Source: Nemertoderma westbladi
Lineage: Eukaryota; Animalia; Xenacoelomorpha
Assembly (NCBI GenBank): GCA_032718475.1
Contig: JAUCBJ010004754.1
Coordinates: forward strand, 1-35,180
Reading direction: 5' to 3'
DNA: 35,180 nucleotides
Shown here: positions 23,144-32,615 of the stretch, in pieces
Layout of the letters: the number at the start of each line of letters is the position of its first letter
How positions within the stretch are numbered: the stretch's first letter is position 1
The notes under the pieces: model-generated
Database searches by the model: none
What the model saw: the letters and a program-made list of their open reading frames with translations, nothing else
What the model was told of the DNA's origin: nothing
Program-made: the position numbers and the translations under genes

Positions 23144-24197
23144 TCAATAGCGTCGTCCTGCGCGGGCATTTACTGAACGAGAGTTTTTTATCATAGGTCT
23201 TCGAAAATTAGTAAAAGCTGGTTGATTTACTTTACTTTCATCTTCCTCATTACCCAACTGTTTCTTAATTTTATTCAATTGTTCATTAATTTTCAGTAAT
23301 TTACTTTTATTTCCCAGAACCTGTCTTAATATCTCTTCTCTATTTTCCTCATTTTCTTCCATTTGTTTAATAAATTTCCGCATTTGATTTTTGTTTCCTA
23401 ATATTTGTCTCAATATCTCTTCTTTATTTTCATCATTCTCTTCTAAATGTTTAATAAATTTCTGTAATTTAATTTTACTTCCTAGAACTTGGGTCAATGT
23501 CGCCTCTTTATTTTCTTCATTTTCCTTCAAATGTTTAATAATTTTCCGCAATTGATTCTTATTTCCAAGTAATTGCCTCTTTATTTCCTCATTATCATCA
23601 TTTTCATCCTCTTCTCCACTTTCCTGATCTTCACTTTCTTCACCCTCTTTCTGACCTTCACTTTCTTCATCCTCTTCCCCGCCTTCACTTTCTTCATCCT
23701 CTTCCCTGCTCTTCACTTTCTTCATCCTCTTCCTGTTCTTCACTTTCTTCATTCTCTTCCTGACCTTCGCTATCTTCACCCTCTTCTTGACCTTCACTTT
23801 CTTCATCCTCTTCCTGATCTTCACTTTCTTCGTTCTCAACTTCACTCTCTTCAACTTCATCCTGACCCTCACTATTTTCATTCTCCATCTCATCATCCTC
23901 TTCTTCTCCATCTTTCTCACTCAAATTTTCCTCATTTTCTAGGGGTAACTGTTTTTGTATCCCTTTCAAAATATTCATAACTTTATGAAATTTACTTTCC
24001 ATTGTCTGTTTTATATTTAATATATCACGCTCATCTCTCTTTTTCTTTTCATCTTCACTAAAAATATCTTCGGATTTTTTAAATTTTTTTGGTAATGGAG
24101 CCATTAGTTTTTCCTTTCTATGTGTTTCCATATGACGAGATAAATTGTCTTGTCTCATTTCTTTATTACAAACCAAACAACTTTCATGTCTATGCAT
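23144..24197 (-). CDS. About 350-aa protein: N-terminal C2H2-like finger, basic NLS-like patch, 9-aa acidic repeats, four 28-aa coiled-coil repeats; split by one +1 frameshift
   Basis: ORF 23694-24197 gives CLVC-NKEMRQDNLSR-HMETH, PLPKKFKK and (EEDEESEGQ)n. ORF 23144-23920 continues the acidic repeat after an extra C at about 23704-23706, then (KEEILRQILGNKNQMRKFIKQMEENEEN)-like x4. Confidence 0.72.
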
Positions 24198-24367
24198 TAT
24201 ATAGCAATGTCAATTGATAATATTGAATTTTAGCTAAATGATTTTACAAAATTTTAAATAAATTAAACTTTTATGAAAATAAATAAAACTTTTTAATATA
24301 AAACTTAGAGAATGACTGGGAATGCGTTGAACGGGGGTTATTATAGAGGGAGGCTAGAATGGATTAT

Positions 24368-24440
24368 CCAATCAGAGTGCGAGGGTGAGTTAGGCAGCCA
24401 ATCAGGACTCGAGGGAGGAAAGTTAGACAGCCAATGAGAG
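24368..24440. promoter_or_regulatory. Three CCAAT boxes spaced 30 and 33 bp, upstream of the cargo ORF
   Basis: CCAATCAG at 24368 and 24398, CCAATGAG at 24431. The first two are followed by CGAGGG. Confidence 0.5.
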
Positions 24441-24647
24441 AGTAGATGCGAGTACAGTGGTAAAGCCCATCCATAGTGAGATAACGTCACACTAACTCTC
24501 AAGGATAGTTATACTCACCATTCAAATATCCCTCGCAAACCAGATTCCCCCCCAGCATCTAAAGTATTCCACTTCAATGCAAAATATATAGAGCTTTAGT
24601 TGGATTTGAACCTGTGCTTGTAAACTTTTTTGTGCTCGTATATTGAA

Positions 24648-24700
24648 GTGAGGCATAGTCTATGCCTCAGTGCCTCAGTGAGGCATAGTCTATGCCTCAC
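24648..24700 (-). repeat. Short reverse-orientation block of the 22-bp palindromic repeat
   Basis: GTGAGGCATAGTCTATGCCTCAGTGCCTCAGTGAGGCATAGTCTATGCCTCAC includes the reverse complement of the +8-bp variant. Confidence 0.93.
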
Positions 24701-24889
24701 TTTGTCTCAAATTTTTAAATATAATTCCCTGACAATTCAAGAAAAAAATGAAATTTCCTGACAATTCCAGGTTTTCCAGGTGAGTGGCAACTCTAAAAAA
24801 AGTTTACATCTATATTCTGCTTAAGATCAAAATGTTTCAAATACACAGTTTAAGAGGGAAAAAGTCAGCTATTTCACCATTTGATACTA

Positions 24890-24982
24890 TCTAATCTAAT
24901 ATATATAAATCTGCTCATTTTGTATGTATACAGTATATGTATGTATGTAAAGCTGTGGCCCGAAGTGCCACAGGCATTCTAG
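24890..24982 (+). mobile_element. Miniature non-autonomous Helitron-like element (about 90 bp)
   Basis: A|TC 5' end, (GTAT)n interior, hairpin CTGTGGC-CCGAAGT-GCCACAG at 24953-24973, and CTAG|T 3' end. Confidence 0.7.
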
Positions 24983-25985
24983 TATTATATAAAAATGTTG
25001 GTTGGTCAGATAACGGATGGTTTTATGTAACATATGAATTAACTCAAATTGTAATTCAATTTGTTCAATATCCTTTCCAAAACTCGAAAGAAGATAGGGA
25101 GGGGACGATAAGATTTAAGTGATTTGGAAAAATTAAAAAAATTTCTTTGTCATATATTTGAAATTCCAGAATTGAAAATAGTCTAATTTTTTTCTATTGA
25201 TTGGAGTCAGCGTATCAATATTGCCTAGAAAAAGTGCTTTCGGGCAAATTTTTTTTTGAGCAATCATCAAAATTCCACAAAAAGTGGAAAGATCAAAATT
25301 CCAAAATGGCCAATTTAGTAAAAAAATTGGCCTTTTTTTGCCCCCCCCCCCACGGCACCTGAAGATTCATTTTTTCAATAAAACAATGTATAGCGGACAT
25401 GTAGAACTCAATTCCCCCCCCCCCCAAATTGATCGAGGCGTAGACCTGAAATATTGAGAAGGTAGGTTTAACTCCCTTTAATGATTAAAAGAGGAACGGT
25501 CTTGATACGATTCATAGTAACAGACCTAGAGCTCTTTCGAAATTGGCTCTAATTGACCAAAATTGGCGCCGTAATGTCTACGACTTGCCCATAGCCGACT
25601 ACTACATGCCTTCTGGCTGGAATTTTCAGAGAACATGCCCAGACTGCCGGCGCGTTTGTGGTATAAGTTTCAAGCCCATAGACCTAATAGGCTAGGAGCC
25701 GCGGTACATCGAAAAATAGCGATTTGTGATAATTTTGTTACTCGCCACGGGGAGTATTGTTTATTAAATGTTCTTTACGTCGTTAGGGTGTATTTGTTTT
25801 GTAGAATAATTTCATAGAAACAATAAAATTAGGCCTATATTTGTGAAACTTGTTACGGAGTTAGACCAAAATGAAATATAATAAGTAAAATCAAATCATT
25901 TAGCACGTAATAATCACTTGTATTAAATGAAACAAAACCAACACCGATTGCGAACTAAACCCAGAGAGTGGAACCGAACCGAACC

Positions 25986-28900
25986 TTATCTGCAAGTCGC
26001 ATAGAGAATGGAACCGTGTAAACCAATAACATCTGTGGTGCGTCCTATCTCATTGGTGCATCCCATATCCGTGTACAACCTCACCCCAACAACCCCCAAT
26101 GCGTCCCCAGCTAACGAAATCAATGACGTCACAGAATCAATGGCGCTACCACCAGCGGGGTTCTCTAACAGAACCGTAGCCTTAATTACAGCCCCACGAG
26201 GTGGACGCAGTTCCAAGTTAACAAACTTACAATACGGATAAACGGTAGCATCGCCCGAGGCTTCAGCTGTTCGACCCCTTACTAGAGTCACATCCAATTC
26301 GAACATTGATTTATCGGCCCCGGAGGAGAGCGAGTTCGATTGGATGGGGAAGATTTCCTGGACTAGAAGTTCTTTACGAGTATCAACTGGGTACTGTAGT
26401 ACGGGTTGTTTCAGCGCTGTTTCAAGGTAATCTAAGTGCGTTGTTAGGATGTTGTCTAGGTACCCGCCTTTAGGTTTGGTATCGCAATAGACAGTAATCT
26501 CGTCGCTAGGCAGTAGATGGGCTTTCTTCCGCAGCTTCTGCACCCTACTAACAATCTCCCTGGCAACACCCTCGTCTACCATCGACTGGTCCTGTTTAAC
26601 ATCCAGGAGAACCAACATACCCTGACCAGAAACAGCTTCGTAATCAGCATCCACATCACTAGAAGTCACATCGAACGCGTATTTAACGCTGACGTCATCC
26701 GAAGTCAACATATAACCCTCTATAACCATCTCCCCATCCACCTGGAATGTCTCCAGCTCAACTTCGCTCAAATCTTTAACTGCGTTGGCAACTTTCTTCA
26801 TATCGCCTTTCAACCGACTACCAAGAGTTTTATAATTCGGTTCGGCTTTTAGAACGACACCGAATTTCCCTTTATCCGCAGACAAACTCACCGATTTTAT
26901 ATTCAACTCTTCGGTTATATAAGACACCATGGACGAAACTTCAGACAAACATTGTTTATCTTTGTGGATAACAATGAGTTCTCGTAACGGGTATTTAATG
27001 GGCAATGTTCTTCTATCCCGAGCCACTCGTCCCAACTCAATCACTAACTGCATTGACGCAACGCAACCTTCAATGTGTTTATTTATCAGCGAGTTAACAG
27101 GCTGCGGTAAGGATTCGTAATGGACGCTATTGAATTCTAACTGACCGACTTCAGGCAGTAAATGTCGCAGATTCTGGAACATAAGTTCCGTAAGAAAGGG
27201 AGTGAAGGGGGCCATAATACGACAGAGAAGGTAAACCACGTTGAATAGCGTCTGTAGAGCGTCGAGTTGGTCTTCTGGGTTGGTATCGCCTTTAAGACGG
27301 CGGCGGGAGAAACGGACGTACCAGTTAGTGAGGCTCTCGATAAACTTAACGAGTCGAGGGACGACCGTGTAGAGTCGGTAGGCTTCCATCTCGCGATGGA
27401 CAAAAGCAATGAGAGACTGTGTGAAGGACAATATCCAGCGATCCAACGGGTTCGCTGGTAACTTACTCGTATCAGAGAAGATTACCAAAGGGGCTCGGAC
27501 TTCCAATCCGAGGTAGTTCTGTATGAGGAACCGGTAAGCGTTGTACCAGGGTAGGAAGACGTCCTTGAGGACATCCTTAACGCCTTCCTCTTTGAATCGG
27601 AGAGTGTCCGCCCGGACAACCGGACTGTTTATCAGGTACAGACGGAGTGCGTCGGCCCCGTACTTGTGGACAACCTCCATGGGGTCCGGGTAGTTCCTCA
27701 GACGTTTCGACATCTTCGTTCCGTCCGATGCGAGAACCAACCCGTTGACAATGAGGTTCTTAAAGGGCGGTTTATCGAAGAGAGCGGTCGATAGAACCAG
27801 GAGGGTGTAGAACCACCCGCGAGTCTGGTCCACTCCCTCCGCTATGAAGTCCGCAGGGAAACATTCCTCAAACGATTCCTTATTCTCGAAGGGGTAATGA
27901 GCCTGGGCGTAGGGCATCGAGCCGCTCTCGAACCAGCAGTCGAAGACCGCGGATATCCGACGCAAGGGTTCGCCCCCGGGCCTCGCCGAAGGGATGGTCA
28001 ACCCGTCGACGACCTCCCGATGCAGGTCGGACACCCGGACGCCGGACAGCCGCTCCAACTCGGCGATGGAGCCGACGCAGACCACCTCCTCGCCGTCGGC
28101 CGAGACCCACAGCGGGATGGGGGTGCCCCAGTAGCGGTCCCGGGAGACCGCCCAATCGCGCGCCTCCCGCAGCCAGTTGGCGAAGCGCTTCTCCTTGACG
28201 AACTCCGGGACCCAGTAGGTCGCCTTGTTGTTGGCTAGCAACCGCTCGGACATCTGTTCAACCCGGATGAACCAACTGGGGACCGCCTTGTAGATCAACG
28301 GCGTCTCGGAACGCCAACAGAACGGGTAGCTGTGGTTCATGGAGCTCTGATGGACGAGTCTCCCTCGAGATTTAAGCGACTTCATTATAAGTTTATCAGC
28401 GTCTTTAACGAACATCCCCGCGTAATCGACTACCTCCTCTGTAAACCGACCGGTCTCGTCTACCGGACACACGATCTTCCCGTCCTTCGCGATGACCCCG
28501 TCTCTCAAACACACTCGGTTGTCGTCCACCCCGAAGTAGGGCGCCTGTTGGACCACCCCGGTTCCCGAATCTGACGTCACGTATCGATCGTTTAGCACCC
28601 GGAAAGCGCCGGTACTTCGCCGATTTTCGAAGTACGGGAATATCGGTTGGTACTCGAGGTTCTCCAGAGCCTTCCCCTTCATCCTATCCAGCACTGTGTA
28701 CTCCGAGTCGCTCTTAAACAACGCGGACAATCTCGCCTCCATCATAATATAAACCGACTGCGTCGCGTTGTCGCGAATCTTTACGTAAACCAACTCGGGG
28801 TGCACGCAAAGGGCAAGGTTGCTAGGCAACGTCCACGGCGTGGTGGTCCACGCGATGAGAGCGACGTTCGGGTCGCTAAGCAACGGGAAACTGACAATAA

Positions 28901-29516
28901 CCGCGGGGTCATTGACATCTTTATAGTTCTGGTTGGCCTCGAAGTTAGACAACGGTGTGTGACATGCAGTTGAGAAAGGCATAACCTTATTGCCATGGTA
29001 AACTAAGCCTTTATCGTAGAGCTGCTTAAATACCCACCACACGCTTTCCATAAAGGAAGGGTACAGAGTTTTATAATCGTTATCGAAGTCTATCCAACGT
29101 CCCATTCGCGTGACAACGTCGCGCCATTCCGACGAGTAACGCATCACGATCTTCCGACACTCGTTGTTGTAAACATCGACGCCCATTTTGGCGACATCTT
29201 CCGGACCGGTTATTCCCAGGAGTTTATCGATCTCGTATTCTACCGGTAACCCATGGCAATCCCATCCGAACCGCCGGTCCACAAAGAATCCCTTCATGTG
29301 AGCGAATCGCGTTACGATATCCTTTATCGTTCCCGCTAGAATGTGTCCGTAGTGGGGCATCCCGGTTGCGAACGGGGGCCCATCGTAGAAGGAATAGCGA
29401 CGACGGTTCCTAGACTGCTTTAAACTTGTTTCAAATGCACTAAACTTCTTCCACAACTGTAGAATATCGTCCTCTGCCTTTGCGAAATTAATTGATTCCA
29501 AAACAGGGCTAGCCAT
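25986..29516 (-). CDS. IARS1: Isoleucyl-tRNA synthetase, cytoplasmic eukaryotic type, 1176 aa, single coding exon
   Basis: FYDGPPFATGMPHYGH (HIGH), GWDCHGLP, editing-domain AWTTTPWTLP and GTGVVQQAP, DWAVSRDRYWGTPIP, FDCWFESG, EGVDQTRGWFY, KMSKR. C-terminal appended domain PYCKFVNLEL...VLLENP. CAACATGG start context. Confidence 0.98.
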   Translation of the reverse strand: MASPVLESINFAKAEDDILQLWKKFSAFETSLKQSRNRRRYSFYDGPPFATGMPHYGHILAGTIKDIVTRFAHMKGFFVDRRFGWDCHGLPVEYEIDKLLGITGPEDVAKMGVDVYNNECRKIVMRYSSEWRDVVTRMGRWIDFDNDYKTLYPSFMESVWWVFKQLYDKGLVYHGNKVMPFSTACHTPLSNFEANQNYKDVNDPAVIVSFPLLSDPNVALIAWTTTPWTLPSNLALCVHPELVYVKIRDNATQSVYIMMEARLSALFKSDSEYTVLDRMKGKALENLEYQPIFPYFENRRSTGAFRVLNDRYVTSDSGTGVVQQAPYFGVDDNRVCLRDGVIAKDGKIVCPVDETGRFTEEVVDYAGMFVKDADKLIMKSLKSRGRLVHQSSMNHSYPFCWRSETPLIYKAVPSWFIRVEQMSERLLANNKATYWVPEFVKEKRFANWLREARDWAVSRDRYWGTPIPLWVSADGEEVVCVGSIAELERLSGVRVSDLHREVVDGLTIPSARPGGEPLRRISAVFDCWFESGSMPYAQAHYPFENKESFEECFPADFIAEGVDQTRGWFYTLLVLSTALFDKPPFKNLIVNGLVLASDGTKMSKRLRNYPDPMEVVHKYGADALRLYLINSPVVRADTLRFKEEGVKDVLKDVFLPWYNAYRFLIQNYLGLEVRAPLVIFSDTSKLPANPLDRWILSFTQSLIAFVHREMEAYRLYTVVPRLVKFIESLTNWYVRFSRRRLKGDTNPEDQLDALQTLFNVVYLLCRIMAPFTPFLTELMFQNLRHLLPEVGQLEFNSVHYESLPQPVNSLINKHIEGCVASMQLVIELGRVARDRRTLPIKYPLRELIVIHKDKQCLSEVSSMVSYITEELNIKSVSLSADKGKFGVVLKAEPNYKTLGSRLKGDMKKVANAVKDLSEVELETFQVDGEMVIEGYMLTSDDVSVKYAFDVTSSDVDADYEAVSGQGMLVLLDVKQDQSMVDEGVAREIVSRVQKLRKKAHLLPSDEITVYCDTKPKGGYLDNILTTHLDYLETALKQPVLQYPVDTRKELLVQEIFPIQSNSLSSGADKSMFELDVTLVRGRTAEASGDATVYPYCKFVNLELRPPRGAVIKATVLLENPAGGSAIDSVTSLISLAGDALGVVGVRLYTDMGCTNEIGRTTDVIGLHGSILYATCR

Positions 29517-31125
29517 GTTGATTGTTTGATGAATAAAACTGTAAACAAGTAAAATGAATAAATTGACTTTCGTCGTACAATAGGCCTACTGCAATATGCC
29601 GTAGTTTTTAGTCTAAAGCTGAACTGTGAAGTGTAGTGATGATAAATTCAAATGACCACACTCTGACACGTTCAAGACGGACACCGCCAAAGTAATAAAC
29701 TGTTAAGATTCAACAAGCTGAATATAGGCCACCTACATTAAAAATTATTAGATTGTCAGATTGTCTGCTTACCTCTAACAATCTAATCAGCTACTGCATA
29801 CGTTACTGAGCTAATAGACAGATAGACCTATATATACCGCTTTATTACACAGTTGTTATTTACCGGTAAATAATCTAAGATCATAATCTGATTCCCCAGT
29901 GCTGCAGCTGCAGGATGCAAACCGGCACATAAATCAGACAAGCCTGCAACCCGTGCCGTGACACTTCCACTTCCGGTACAAGTAGCATACCTACCTACCT
30001 GCCCTGCATACTTCCATACCAGCATACCTACTTCGTATTCGCATAACAATGGGCAGATGGGACGCCAGCACGCATTTCCAAATTCAATTGGGTGCCATTG
30101 GCAATTGGGGTGGAATTGATCTGAACAAATTCGCGAATACCAGTATTTTTAATTTCATAACTATTTAAGCTTCATATTACAGTATTACCGGTAAGTGATT
30201 AACGAATAAATGGTTACTTCTTGCTTTTTAACGTGTTGCTATAGCCTATAGCAGGTAAGCCAACCAATAAACTACATTTTTATTTAGGAACGAACAGTGA
30301 GTAATCAGTAGGTACGGTCCCTCCCTAAAAAATAAATGTGTAGGCCTCCTCTACTCAATATTTATTTCTACCTCAACAGACAATACAGCAATAGGTACTG
30401 AAATAGACACTGCTCTGCTGCAGTTACCGCATATATTAAGTACTGTATGTTGTGTTGTACTGTATATAGGCAGATAGAATTCACTCATTACATCATAATT
30501 TCAAATTGTTGCATCAGCCGTCAGGTCAGCGCAATGTCATTGGTAATTTAATCATCATGTTCGTATTTCATAGACACACGTTTGTGGGGCAAGCGTGCAC
30601 GGGCGAACTACTTTTGGGTTATTCGAAGGACCGCTTCGGTATAGACTATATTGATATGTTTATGTATATCTGAAGTTAGTTACAGTAGCAGGGGTATAGG
30701 CCGTATAGTAGGCCTACATATATTTATTTACATCAATTTGTCAATTAATTGTGTAGTACTACGGTGGCTGAATTGTGCCAATTAAAAAAAAGGTGATGTA
30801 ATGTTGAAATCAATAATGGCAAATCGTCGATGCTGTCGCCGTTACCATTTTGAATAGGGTACAGTATTGTCTTACTTAAGACGGGGTAGAAATAAGAGCG
30901 TCCCTTTCACTTTGGTCTAATTAATATAAGGAAGACTCATATTAAAAATAGATGGTAAGTGAAATAAAATATATTATTAAGATTTATAAATGTTATTTAT
31001 ATAATATGATATAAAATTTAAGTTCGGTGTGCATACTCATGCTGCCAAGTGCCAATTAATTGCGCCTTCCTCTCCCTCTGTGAAGTACTTCATGAATTCA
31101 TCGCGAATTCTGATAGCGTGTTTAG

Positions 31126-32615
31126 TAGTGTTGAGAACTGAATCAATTTTGACTAATTTCAGTTACAGTTACAGTTTCAGTATTCAAAGTTTTGCATTTC
31201 AGTTACAGTTACAGTTTCAGTATTACAAAGTGTAACATTTCAGTTACAGTTACAGTTTCAGTATTATAAAATTGAGCATTTCAGTTTCAGTTACAGTTTT
31301 GATCGTGATAAAATTCAGTTACAGTTTCAGTTATAGATTCAATATCTGTATGATCTCACGTAGTAAGCAGTCATTGAATTAATGTAGTCTCATCGGGGCG
31401 GCGTGCAGTGCAGTCACTTGCCCAATGAGTCACTTGCCCAAAAAATCAAACGAATCACTTGCCAAATAAAAAAAAATATATCTGAAACTAAAAATGAGGC
31501 ACTTTAATATATTACTGTAATATCCGCTAATAATAATGTTCATTACGAAACGTCCTCTTTCTAGAGCTAATAGGTAGTTATGTATATAGTTATATAGTTA
31601 TAGTTATATATAGTATATATATATATATAGTTTATATATAGTTATATAGTTATATAATAGGTAATGTTTTGTAACTAATATACTGACAGTATGTAATGAA
31701 AGTGGCACGTCACAAGATCACACTAACGGCACCCACATTTTACTGTACATGTTGTTTCAGTGCTTGTACAGTACTGTTATCATTTATTGTTTTGGTTATA
31801 AAAGCCATGCTTCTGAATCCTGCTCATTTTCCTTAATTCGAAATTTGTTTTAGTAATCATATATTTATTGTTTTGGTTAGACCCACCTCGATAGGCTGCT
31901 CCTTTCACTTTTAAGTTTAATTTTGTAATTTATAATGGTAAACTTGATCAAAATTTAATTTCCAGTGTGCCTCTAGTGTGATTGTGATATTAATAGTACC
32001 GGTAACATTAATAATTCATAATGTAAAATATATATCCGTTAAAATCCCTCTACCAATAGGCCTAACTTTTCTTCGTTTATATAAAACATTTACATTTAAT
32101 ATGAAGCAAAAGTGGTGATAAGGCTGATAATAGTCTAATAGTTGAGCCAGATAAACATAGACTATATGCTACTGTAGATCTTCGTTCACTACTTGACTCG
32201 CCAAATAAATCACATTTGAGCTAAAGTGGACAATGGGTCTTTTTTATTGTGGAATAATATGGTTTTGTTCAGAAGTGGAAAAAATGAGATTGTTTTTTAT
32301 AACAATGTTTTAAAAATGATACCTATGGTAACCACTGTTATTCATTTATTAAACTATACTCTATACTTTATTACAATACTGTTTTAAATGCTCATTCATG
32401 TTAATTGTGTGATTGAGAACTGAATCGGATTTTGTTAATTTCAGTTTCAGTTCAGTTACAGTATTCAAAATTCGTAATTACAGTTTCAGTTACAGTTACA
32501 GTATTCAAAATTCGCAATTACAGTTACAGTTATAGTTACAGTATCAAAAAATCATCAAAATCATTCAGTTACAGTTGCAGTTACAGTATAATTACAGTTA
32601 CAGTTCTCAACACTA
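31126..32615. mobile_element. Non-autonomous hAT-type element (1490 bp) with 15-bp TIRs, exact 8-bp TSD and (CAGTTA/CAGTTT)n subterminal repeats
   Basis: TAGTGTTGAGAACTG ... CAGTTCTCAACACTA. TSD GTGTTTAG at 31118-31125 and 32616-32623. Confidence 0.93.

Larger units (their letters stand above)
22559..24480. mobile_element. 1.9-kb inverted-repeat-bounded element without transposase, carrying a zinc-finger cargo gene
   Basis: 22559-22611 and the reverse complement of 24428-24480 match at 48 of 53 positions by eye (CTCACYATGGAYGGGCTTTACCACTGTACTCGCATCT...CTCATTGGCTG). No TSD found. Confidence 0.75.

Noticed and set aside
23573-23980. His/Leu/Pro-rich ORF, and the Lys/Arg-rich N-terminus of ORF 23144-23920
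   Set aside because: Antisense and alternate-frame shadows of the acidic 27-bp repeat.
22561-24478. Transib/ProtoRAG element with RSS-like ends
   Set aside because: CACYATG resembles the heptamer, but no nonamer, no 5-bp TSD and no RAG1-like ORF are visible. Kept only as one possibility.
27880-28996. Overlapping ORFs inside IleRS
   Set aside because: Expected from high GC content and scarce stop codons; no recognisable motifs.
25986-29516. Bacterial type-2 (mupirocin-resistant) IleRS or bacterial contamination
   Set aside because: Eukaryote-type C-terminal extension and start context, embedded among eukaryotic transposons, with no operon or ribosome-binding site.
29960-30260. Divergent gene first exon (CCGGAAGTG site and GTAAG donor-like words)
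   Set aside because: No supported ORF or downstream exon; cannot be called without transcript data.
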